Shown: positions 1-8,800 of the stretch, in pieces
How the letters are laid out: every line of letters starts with the position of its first letter
Numbering within the stretch: the first letter of the stretch is position 1
Source: Myxococcota bacterium
GTDB taxonomy: Bacteria; Myxococcota; JACRCW01
DNA: 14,126 bases
NCBI GenBank assembly: GCA_040752415.1
Contig: JBFMGU010000269.1
Coordinates: forward strand, 1 to 14,126
Direction of reading: 5' to 3'
The notes under the pieces: generated by a model
What the model saw: the letters and a program-made list of their open reading frames with translations, nothing else
The model's database searches: none
Told to the model about the DNA's origin: nothing
Made by a program: the position numbers and the translations under genes

Positions 1-170
1 CGAAGAAAGGGCACTCGCGGCGCCCGCACCTTTGGGAGTGCGGTCTGAAATACCGCTTTGGCTCGGGCTGTCCGGGCTCACCGGAGCTCCTCCACATATG
101 TGCAAGAACTTCTGGCCAGGTACTTAGGTGACGCGGGCCGCCGTTGCAGGCACTGCGGCGACACCTCCCG

Positions 171-2015
171 TCACTGCCCCTCTTCCGGCGGGACCACCCC
201 GGTGCGCAGCAGGTCCATGGGAGACGGGTTCACGGGCAACGGTCCACCCACCGGCATGTTCGCCGCCCGACGGGCGGGAGCCAGCGGCGGCGCCGCGGGA
301 CGCTCGGCCGGGGCTTGCGCCAGGCGGTCCTCGTCGGGCGGGAGGTCCCACATGCCCACCACCGGGCTCGCGGGCGGCAGCTTCTGTCCCGGCGCCGCCA
401 CCGGCGGATTGAACGCACCGACGACGAACGCCAACGCCAGCCGCGACATCTGCAGCTCCAGCTCCGCCTGCGCCAGGTCCAACGCCGCCGTCACGACGAG
501 CTGCTCGGCATCCAGCACCTCCAGGTTCGTGGCCGCGCCCACCTCGAAGCGGGCGCGCGCGTCGCGGGCGGAGGCCTCGGTGAGCGCCAGGCTCTCACGC
601 TGCAGGATGAGGTTCTGCTTGCGCAGCTCCAGCTCACGCAGGTTGCCGCGCACGCCCAGCTCCAGGCGTTGCCGCGCCTGCGCCAGGGTCAGCTCCGCTT
701 CACGCACCCTGCTGTTGGCCTCGCGGTAGGCGGTGTAGCGCTCGCCACCGTCGTAGATGGGGATGGAGGCGTTGAGCACCACGGAGTAGGTGAGGGGCTC
801 ACGCTGGAAGCCGCTGACGTTGCTGGTGCCGCGCGCGTTCGCGCTGAGCTGCACGGTGGGAAGCCAGCGCGCCAGCGCATCCATGCGACCGCGCTCCGCG
901 ATCTGCAGGTTGATCCGCGCGGCCTGGATGTCCGGGCGGTCCTTCTCGGCGCGGGCAATGAGCTCGTCGGCGGCCCAGCGCTCCTCGAAGACGGGGATGG
1001 GTGGCAGCTCGCCCACGTCAAAGAGGGTCTCCGCGCCCAGCGCAATGCCCAGGCTGCCGATGGCCGACTCATACGCGCCTCGCGCGCTGCGCAGGCTGCT
1101 GGCCGCCCGCGTGAGGTCCACCTGCGCGCGACGCAACGCCAGCGGAGGGAGCGCGCCCACCTCCACGCGCACCTTGGTGCTGGCCAGGTGTTTCTCCAGG
1201 TTCTCCACCTGCTGCGCGGCAATGTTGGCCAGCCGGCGAGAGGCCACGGCCTGGTAGAAGCCCAGTGCCGCCAGGTAGAGCGCCTGGGTACGCGCGCGGT
1301 CCAGGGTGGCGCGGGTCTGCTTCACGGTGTCGTAGGCATTCAGCAGCAGCGGGAACGCGCGACCGTTGAACAGCACCACCGAGAACGTCAGGCCGCCGTT
1401 GACCACGTGCACTGGGTTGATGGCGACGTCCTGCACCTTGTCCTTCTGGCTTCGGGTCTGAGCCGCGAGCTGCCGATTGGTCTCGGCGGTGGCCGGGTTC
1501 CCGTCGGCCTCCGCCGCGGCGGCCTGTGCGTCGTAGATCCGCGCCTGCCCTTCCAGCTGCTCCTTCGAGACGGCGGCGAACTTCACCTCCGGCCACGAGA
1601 AGTTGTACGCCACGTTGGCGGAGAGGCGCGGCAGCACCGTCGACCACGCCTTGCGGATGAGCAGCTGCGTCTGCACCAGGCGTTCCTGGGCAATGCGCAA
1701 GTCGAAATTGTTCTGCAGCGCCAGGCCCATGGCCTCGTCGAACTGGACCACCGGGCGCGGGCCCTTGACGGGGCGCAGGCCGTAGATGGCTTCGGGGTTG
1801 GCCAGGCCGGCGGTGGTGGTGCGCGCGGCGGTGCTGGTCTGCGCGCGTTGGGCGCTGGCCCCACCCGCGGCCGCGTCGGTTCCCGCGCTCATGTCCGCCC
1901 CCGCCGCCTGTGCATCCGGTGCTTGCGCCAGGGAAGAACCGGGCACGCTCCACAACGTCACGCACGCCAGGCCAGCCACCGCCCCCCTCGCCAGAGAAAT
2001 CCGAGACCGCGTCAT
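171..2015 (-). CDS. TolC family outer membrane efflux protein
   Basis: Signal peptide (..GSSLA-QA). OEP repeat motifs 'EAMGLALQNNFDLRIA', 'LPRLSANVAY', 'RVEVGALPPLALRRAQVDL', 'RPDIQAAR', 'LNASIPIYDGG', 'RFEVGAATNLEVLDAEQ'. AGGAG upstream. Start is ATG 2015 or TTG 2021. Confidence 0.93.
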   Translation of the reverse strand: MTRSRISLARGAVAGLACVTLWSVPGSSLAQAPDAQAAGADMSAGTDAAAGGASAQRAQTSTAARTTTAGLANPEAIYGLRPVKGPRPVVQFDEAMGLALQNNFDLRIAQERLVQTQLLIRKAWSTVLPRLSANVAYNFSWPEVKFAAVSKEQLEGQARIYDAQAAAAEADGNPATAETNRQLAAQTRSQKDKVQDVAINPVHVVNGGLTFSVVLFNGRAFPLLLNAYDTVKQTRATLDRARTQALYLAALGFYQAVASRRLANIAAQQVENLEKHLASTKVRVEVGALPPLALRRAQVDLTRAASSLRSARGAYESAIGSLGIALGAETLFDVGELPPIPVFEERWAADELIARAEKDRPDIQAARINLQIAERGRMDALARWLPTVQLSANARGTSNVSGFQREPLTYSVVLNASIPIYDGGERYTAYREANSRVREAELTLAQARQRLELGVRGNLRELELRKQNLILQRESLALTEASARDARARFEVGAATNLEVLDAEQLVVTAALDLAQAELELQMSRLALAFVVGAFNPPVAAPGQKLPPASPVVGMWDLPPDEDRLAQAPAERPAAPPLAPARRAANMPVGGPLPVNPSPMDLLRTGVVPPEEGQ

Positions 2016-2226
2016 CTGCAATCCATCTCCTGGTGAGTTTCCCGACGGTGAGCCGCTGCATCCGCACTGCCGGCGCCCTCGGGTCCCCAGCTCGCGCCTG
2101 GTGAAACAACCTGGGCGTCAGCTGGAGGCCGGCACTCCTAACGCCCACCGCTCAAGCTTTCAAGCCGGCCCCTCATTTTCCGTCGAGGGGGCGTGTCACC
2201 CCGGGTTCCTGTACTAGGGTCGCCGC

Positions 2227-4188
2227 GTGCTCGACGGCCCTGTGGTCTCCTTGGGAAATCCCCGACGTCGCGTGGCGGCGCTGCTGCTCTTCGGAGCGCT
2301 CGTGAAGCTGGGTGCGCTCTGGTTTGGCGGCGCGGATCCCGACGCCGACGAGGCCATGGTGGGCATCATGGCGCAGGCCATGCTCCAAGGCCGCTTCTCC
2401 ATCTTCTACTGGGGCCAGGACTACATGGGCCTGGTGGAGAGCGCGGTGCTGGCGCCCATCCTCTGGGTCTTCGGCAGCCATGCGCTGTGCATCAAGCTGC
2501 TCGCGCTCGGTTTCTTCCTGCTCTTCCTCCACTCGACGTTGCAGCTCGGCATCCGCACCGTGGGCGAGCGCGCCGCCATCCTCGCCGTGGTGCTGCTGTG
2601 TTTCAGCCCCATGTTCCTGCACATCTGGGGACTGAAGCTGCGCGGCGGGTTCATCTCGCTGTGCGCGGCCGGGCAGTACCTGCTGTGCTGGACGCTGGAC
2701 CGCCTCCGCGCCCCGTCACGACGTCCCCGCCTGGGCGCGCTCCTGCTCGGCGCGTTCATGGGGTTCCTGGTCTACTGGTACTTCCTCGCCGTCGAGTACG
2801 TGCTGCCCGCGCTCTTGCTCTTGCGCGGCGTGCCGCGGGAACGACGTCGGGTCACGCTGGTGCTGCTGGGCGTGTTGGGCTTCTGCATCCCCATGACGCT
2901 GGTGCTGGCCTACAACCTGGACCCGGAGCACCACTGGGCCACGTTCAACTACTTCGCGGAGAATCGTCTCGAGGGCTGGGACGCGTTCAAGTCCAACGCG
3001 GAGCGACTCCTCAAGCGCGCGCTCCCCACGCTGCTTGGCGTCATGGGCCCGTGGGACAAGGCCATTCCGTTCACCACGTGGCCGGAGCGCACGCTCTCCG
3101 TCGTCATCCTGGGCTGCGGGGTGTTGGGGACGTTGTGGCTGGCGTGGCGGGGGGCGCGCGCGTTTCCGTCGTGGTTGATGGGGCGGGAGGGCGGGAGCGC
3201 GGGGTATGCGCCGTTGTCCATGGTGGCGTTGGCCAGTGTGGGCGCGTTCATCCTGACGAAGTTTGGCGAATGGAATGAGCCGCGCTTCCTGCTGCCCGTC
3301 TACGGCCCGCTTTTCCTGGCGCTGGCGGACCTCCTGTTGCGACGACCCCGCGTCGGTCTCGTCGTGGCGGGGGCGCTGGGGCTGGCCACCACGGTGGTCG
3401 CGGCGCGCAGCAATCCGGCGTATTGGCACCAGCCGGTGCACCGCGCGGAGATCGACCGTCCCTTCCCGCACCCCGGCCCCTTCGCCGAGGAGTTGCGGAA
3501 GCGCCAGCTCATTACCATCTACGGCGACTACTGGTTCTGCAAGCCCATGCTCTTCCTCACCGAGAGCCGGCTGGCATGTCATGACCAGTACTCGCGCACG
3601 CCGTGGATGAAGCAGCGCGTGCAGGAGCGCTCCAGCCACGAGAAGGTCTACCTCCGCGACGAGGGACGCGCGGTCCTGGCGGAGAACCTGAAGCTGCTGG
3701 CCGCGCTCAACCTGCAGTACGAGAGCTTCACGCGGGAGCGGCTGGTGGCCCTGCACCACATCCACCAGGCGCCCGGCTCGGTGCCCTATTGGGCCATGTC
3801 GCTGCGCGCGTCCGTCAACAACGAGGAGACCCACGGCGCCAAGGACCTCGACGTGGAAACGCGTTGGACCACGCGCAAGAAGCAGGCGGAGGGTCCCTTC
3901 TGGCTGGAGGTGGGGCTGGATGCGCCGCGCGAGCTGACGGCGTTGCGTTTCTACAGCGGCACCGCGGAGGACCACCCGCGCATCCTGCGCGTCGACGGGA
4001 GCATGGACGGGGAGACCTGGGTGGAGCTGGGGAGCCTGACGCAGGACAAGCGCCCGGAGCACGGGGTGACGAGGGTGACCCTGGCGGGCGGCATCCCGGT
4101 GCAGCGGCTGCGGCTGGTGGCGGGGAAGAAGAAGGGTGTCGAGGTGTGGTGGTCGGTGCATGAGTTGACGCTGGTGGAGCGTTTCTGA
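2227..4188 (+). CDS. GT-C fold membrane glycosyltransferase (ArnT/PMT-like) with C-terminal F5/8 type C (discoidin) domain
   Basis: Many TM segments. Acidic first-loop motif 'DADEAMVGIMAQ..GRFSIFYWGQDYMG' and late 'EPRFLLPVY' motif. C-terminal 'LRAS..AKDLDVETRWTT..WLEVGL..SMDGETW..WSVHEL' is typical of F5/8C. The GTG start is uncertain. Confidence 0.82.
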   Translation: MLDGPVVSLGNPRRRVAALLLFGALVKLGALWFGGADPDADEAMVGIMAQAMLQGRFSIFYWGQDYMGLVESAVLAPILWVFGSHALCIKLLALGFFLLFLHSTLQLGIRTVGERAAILAVVLLCFSPMFLHIWGLKLRGGFISLCAAGQYLLCWTLDRLRAPSRRPRLGALLLGAFMGFLVYWYFLAVEYVLPALLLLRGVPRERRRVTLVLLGVLGFCIPMTLVLAYNLDPEHHWATFNYFAENRLEGWDAFKSNAERLLKRALPTLLGVMGPWDKAIPFTTWPERTLSVVILGCGVLGTLWLAWRGARAFPSWLMGREGGSAGYAPLSMVALASVGAFILTKFGEWNEPRFLLPVYGPLFLALADLLLRRPRVGLVVAGALGLATTVVAARSNPAYWHQPVHRAEIDRPFPHPGPFAEELRKRQLITIYGDYWFCKPMLFLTESRLACHDQYSRTPWMKQRVQERSSHEKVYLRDEGRAVLAENLKLLAALNLQYESFTRERLVALHHIHQAPGSVPYWAMSLRASVNNEETHGAKDLDVETRWTTRKKQAEGPFWLEVGLDAPRELTALRFYSGTAEDHPRILRVDGSMDGETWVELGSLTQDKRPEHGVTRVTLAGGIPVQRLRLVAGKKKGVEVWWSVHELTLVERF

Positions 4189-4274
4189 CCGGACGGGCGA
4201 AAGCAGTTGGCAGACAGGGGCCCGCCGTGCGAGTTGTCCGCGCGGACCCGCCGAGACTTGCCCGGGGAAGCAAG

Positions 4275-4883
4275 ATGCAACGCTGCGACACCTGCCGTTC
4301 CCATCCCGAGCCCTATGACAGCGTCACCGTCGTGGGGCAGGGCCACTATTGCGGTGTCTGCTACAGCCGACAGCTCGCGCGGGACCTGGGCCTCCCGTTC
4401 TCCGGGGTGGACCCCGAGCCGCTGGTGTTCCGTGATTCCGCCGGGAAGACCCGCACGTTCCACCTGCGCTCCCGTCTCTACGAGGGTGGTCAGACGCTGG
4501 ACGCCTTCGAGCAGGCCGACCGGGAGCGGGGACTCCACTTCCGCGTCCTGGGCGACCACACCCAGAGCGTCATGGAGCTGGTGGCGTTGCTCTACCCGCG
4601 CATCGAGCAGCAGCTGGCGCAACCGGCGGTGACGCGCAACCGTGACGGGCTCAGCATCAATGACAGCAAGCCCATCCGCGCCCGCATCCAGTGGGATGAC
4701 GACGAGGACGGCAACGTCCCGCGCCTCATCATCGACGGGCACCCCGTCACCTGGGAGGAGCTGGGCCAGCTCTTGATGCGCTACGAGGGGTTCGACCTGG
4801 ACCTGCGCATCCGTGACGCCGTCCTCGACGCGCGCACCCACCGCGGCCACGCGCCCGAGCTGGCCGAGCCCGACCCGGTCTGA
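4275..4883 (+). CDS. Hypothetical protein with N-terminal CxxC..CxxC putative zinc-binding motif
   Basis: ATG 4275 after GGGGAAG, with GC-rich third codon positions. CDTC..HYCGVC motif and a globular-looking C-terminus 'IRARIQWDDDEDG.VPRLIIDGHPVTWEELGQLLMRYEGF'. Confidence 0.8.
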   Translation: MQRCDTCRSHPEPYDSVTVVGQGHYCGVCYSRQLARDLGLPFSGVDPEPLVFRDSAGKTRTFHLRSRLYEGGQTLDAFEQADRERGLHFRVLGDHTQSVMELVALLYPRIEQQLAQPAVTRNRDGLSINDSKPIRARIQWDDDEDGNVPRLIIDGHPVTWEELGQLLMRYEGFDLDLRIRDAVLDARTHRGHAPELAEPDPV

Positions 4884-5006
4884 GCACGGCGCGGACGCCC
4901 GCCAAGCAGCACAAACATCGCCGTGACCGTCCGACGTGGCGCGTGGCCGGTCCGCGCCTTCTGCCCTGGGGGTTTGGCGCCGGTATCTCCGCAGTGGAGG
5001 TCCACC

Positions 5007-5159
5007 ATGACCACGTACATCAGCGGACCGGAGCGCCCGACCCGCCGTCAGATGCTCAAGGACATGGCGCCGGTGTTCGCCGTGCTCGCCGTGATCCCGA
5101 CGGTGATGGCGCTGGGCTACGGCTTCCTGCGGCTCCTGCAGTGGAGCACGGAACACTGA
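5007..5159 (+). CDS. Small 50-aa single-pass membrane protein
   Basis: GGAGG (4996-5000) 6 nt before ATG 5007. GC3-biased codons. Hydrophobic stretch APVFAVLAVIPTVMALGYGFL. Confidence 0.7.
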   Translation: MTTYISGPERPTRRQMLKDMAPVFAVLAVIPTVMALGYGFLRLLQWSTEH

Positions 5160-5335
5160 CTGGTCGAGCGCGTGCGTTTTCCTGACGCCCCGGTGGGGAG
5201 CTTGTTGGGCCCCTGACGTCGTCGGTGTCGGCCAAGGGGTCACGCCATGACGCGCAAGCAACAGCCAGGACACGCGTGTTCCGTCGTGGGAGGCAGCCCT
5301 CGTCGGGGAACAGGTGGTGCTCACCGCTGCGTGAC

Positions 5336-5830
5336 TCACGCCGCGCGGGCGGTATGCGTACGCTCTGCCAGCGTGATGGCCAGCCGCGCACCCGCGGCAC
5401 CGCCCGTGGGGAATCCCTCACGCGCGGAGAGCCAGGCCAGCGCATCATCCACCGTCGAGAACGCCTTCATGGGCGCGGAGGAACGGGCGAGCAGCAACAC
5501 GCCGCTGAACGCCATCCGGATGGCCGCCGCCACCAGGCCCGGGCTGTCTATGACCACGGCACCGGCGCGCACGCACGACCGCGTCTCCGCGAGCAGCTGT
5601 GCAATCTCCTGGCGCACGCCCTCGTCGAAGCCGCCGCCCAGCGTGGTGAAGCGGTAGATGCCCAGGCTGTAGATGCCGGAGGGATGGGCCGCGTGCTGGG
5701 TCTGCATCCCCCGACGCAGCTCACGCACGCTCTCGCTGGTGAGCGGTGAGGTCCACAGGGAAACGGCGACAGCACCTGCGTGACAGATGACGCCGTTGGA
5801 GAGATTGCTGAAGACGGTAGGGGCCCCCAT
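5336..5830 (-). CDS. STAS/SEC14 (SpoIIAA-like) domain protein
   Basis: Pattern 'FDEGVRQEIAQLL..RAGAVVIDSPGLVAAAIRMAFSGVLLLAR...PMKAFSTVDDALAWL' resembles the STAS/SEC14-like proteins that are expanded in myxobacteria. Confidence 0.72.
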   Translation of the reverse strand: MGAPTVFSNLSNGVICHAGAVAVSLWTSPLTSESVRELRRGMQTQHAAHPSGIYSLGIYRFTTLGGGFDEGVRQEIAQLLAETRSCVRAGAVVIDSPGLVAAAIRMAFSGVLLLARSSAPMKAFSTVDDALAWLSAREGFPTGGAAGARLAITLAERTHTARAA

Positions 5831-5884
5831 GCCCTGGAGCGTGGCAGGGCAGGGGAGCGGAGTCCACCGTCCCCACGACGTGAT

Positions 5885-8800
5885 TCAGGGCACAACCAGC
5901 AACGCGGGCGCGCTCTCACCGCTCATGGCGGGGTCGTAGTACGCGCTGGCCTTCACCGGGGCGGCCGTCACGCGTGCGCTGAGACGGGGACGCAGGTTGT
6001 ACGTCAGCGTCATCGGCGCGTCGGAGCGCAGCGCCGGTGCGTAGATGTGCAGGTGCTCACCCACCACCTCGGCGCGGCTGATGGTGCCCGCGGCGCGCGC
6101 GGCGTCCAGCGGTGAGATGTCCAGGTCAAAGCCCGGCGGCACGGTGACGTCGACAATCAGCTGCTCGAACGAGGCCTGCGTCCCCACCGTGATGGTGGCG
6201 GTGACCTGCTCGCCCACGGCCGGCGTGGTGTTGGAGAACTCCTGCGTGACGTTGACCCGCGGCGTCTGCACCGCACCGCGCGGCGTGTAGCTGCGGCCGG
6301 CCACCTGCCACTGGAACGTCCCGGTGCCCGTGCGGTCAATCTCGACGACGTGCGCGCCCGGCGTGGCCATCTCGGAGAGGTCCACCACGCGCGTGATGGC
6401 CGCGGTGTCCGGCGTGATCTGGAACTCGCCCACGGTCTGCCCGTCCATGCGAACCGTCACCGTGCCCTCGGAGTCCTCATTGCTGCCGCCCACGCTGGCA
6501 ATGAACGCCTGCAGCGAGCGGATGGTGGCCTGCGTGCTCTGCCAGGTGCCAAAGCTGTCCTTGTTGCGCGTGAGGTACGTGAGCGCCTTGTTGGCCACGT
6601 CGGGGCTGCGCTGGCTCTTGATGAGCGCGTGGGCCGCCAGTGCGGTCACCTCCAGGTCGGTCTGCTCCGTCGGGTCGCCGCCACAGGGGGCCAGGGAGCT
6701 GGGCGGAGAGTTGGGGAAGGTCACCGCCTCGTCCTGGTCCACCGCCATCGCCACCAGCGAGCTCGTCGCCGTGTCGAGATCCGGCTGGTCCGGGCCCACG
6801 GTGGCCAGCAGGTTCGCGTACACCGCCATGGCGTACGGGTCGGTCTCCGTCGCGGCGCGGGTGCGCAGCCAGGAGAGCGCGCGGTCCACTGCGGCCTGCT
6901 GCTGACCGGTGCGCTGCAGGGCCCACGCGAGGAACGCGGTGGTGCGGAACACGTTGCGCTCGTACGCGTTGATGGCCCCTTCGGCGATTCCGCCCGTCGT
7001 GGGCTCGAAGCTGCCGTCGGCCTTCTGCTGACCGGCGAGCCAGGTGGCGGTGCGCGCAATCAGCGCCTGGTCCACCGGGAACACCTCGGACATGTCCACG
7101 AACTGCATGAGGCCGTACGCGGTGAGGACGTTGTGCGCGGGCGCGTCGCCAAACCAGGAGAAGCCACCGCCGTCCACCTCGTAGCTGGTGAGCTTCTGGT
7201 AGCCCTCCTGCAGGTACGTGCGTGCTTTCTCCTCGACGTCGGGCATGCTCTGCCCGGTGAGGTGCAGGTAGTTGAGCACCAGCACGTTGGGATAGTTGCT
7301 GCTGGAGGTCTGCTCGAAGCAGCCGCTGGGCATCCGCAGCATGCTGTCCAACCCGGTCACCACCTCCGACTGCACCCCGGGATGCACCTTCACCTGCAGC
7401 TCGGTGGCGCCCGCGGTGGCGTCGGCGGGAATCTCGACGGTGGCGGTGGCGCGCGTGTTGAGCCGGTCGCTGAAGGTGAACGGCTTCTCCTCGCCGGCGG
7501 GGCGCACGCGGATGATGCGGATGAGCGCGTCCTGCACGCCCACACCTTGCGCGGAGAGCTGCAGCGGGAACTCGCCCACCTTGCCCGCGCGGATGCGCAC
7601 CGACGCGCCGCTGACGCTGACTCCGGGGACGGTGACCGTGCTGCCCTGGCCGCTCAGCACCTCACCCCACGTGCCGGTGTCGACGTTGAGCGTGATGGTC
7701 TGCTCGGTGGGCAGGAAGTTGTTCACCACCGCGGTGATGGCCACCTCGTCGCCTTCGGTGAGCTGGGTGGGCACGTCGAGGTCGACGAAGAAGTCCTGGA
7801 ACACGCGCACCGCGCCAGCGCCCGTCCCCATGCGACCCACCATGTCGGAGGCCACCGCGCTGACGCGCCAGCTGGTGATGCTGTCGGGCAGGCCCAGGGT
7901 GACGTCGGCGTGGCCGTTGATGTCGGTGAGGAGCAGCGGCTCCACCAGCAGCGTCTCCGGGAACTCCCGACGCGGCGCCTGCACCGCCGTGTTCCCACCG
8001 CCACCGCCGGTGTTCGCTTCGCCCGCGGCGGGTTCCTCCGCGCCCGCGTTCGGGGGGGCCGGTGCGCCACCCTGGAAGCCATCGTCGGCGTCGCGCTCAT
8101 CCACCACGCCGCCCCAACCGCCGCCGCTCACGTAGACGTACGCGTTCACGTCGTCGGCGCTCTCGCGCTCGTCGGGACCCAGGCTGGCAATGAGCGCGTA
8201 GTAGCTGTTGTTCTGGTCGGTGACGACGTACGCGTTGCCCCACGGATCCAGGAAGCCCTGCGCCCGCAGCCAGTCCGCCAGCGCGCTCCCGTTGCTGCTC
8301 CACGGCTGGATGCCCGCGGCGGCGGCGGCCTGGCCCATGGCCGTGGCGTCGTGGTTCACCAGCCCGGAGGCCTCCGCGCGCGCGCGGTCACGGTTGCCCT
8401 GGCCCAGGTCCACCGTCAGCACGCCGCCCGCGTTCTTCCCGAACGCCAGCAGTGCTCGTGCATGCTCCGTCTCCGCGCCCGCCACCAGCGTCGTCGTGGG
8501 ATCGATCCCGGCGGGCGCTTCCACTGCGTCGCCCTCCGCGAAGGACTTCACCGGCCCGCTCACGTCCGCCAGCGCGAACACCGCCTCGTCGACGACGGTC
8601 AGCCCCAGCGCGGCGGGCACGCCGGCCCCGGTGGCGTCGGTCACCTGCACGGCGAGGGCGGCCTCGGTGCGCGGCTTGTAGCTCTCCGCGCCCGCGGTGA
8701 TGCCAATGCGCAGCTCACGGTCCTGGCGTGCAAACGCCGCCGCCTCACCCACCGCGCCACTGCCCGACGCGCGGGCCACCAGGCGCAGCAGGCCGCCCGG

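Noticed and set aside
101..118. TGGC..TTGC on the minus strand as a sigma-54 promoter
   Set aside because: The GG-to-GC spacing is 12 nt rather than the required 10.
144..2036. 630-aa plus-strand ORF
   Set aside because: Antisense shadow of the TolC gene, caused by high-GC codon bias. It is Arg/His/Gln-rich with no motifs.
2125..2190. Possible sigma-70 promoter (TTGAAA-17-TAGGAG), TCAAGC direct repeat and CCCCTC/GAGGGG inverted repeat between tolC and the glycosyltransferase
   Set aside because: The -10 match is poor and the repeats are short enough to arise by chance.
3951..5339. 462-aa minus-strand ORF (also 2716..4161)
   Set aside because: It overlaps better-supported plus-strand genes in antisense and has no protein-like motifs.
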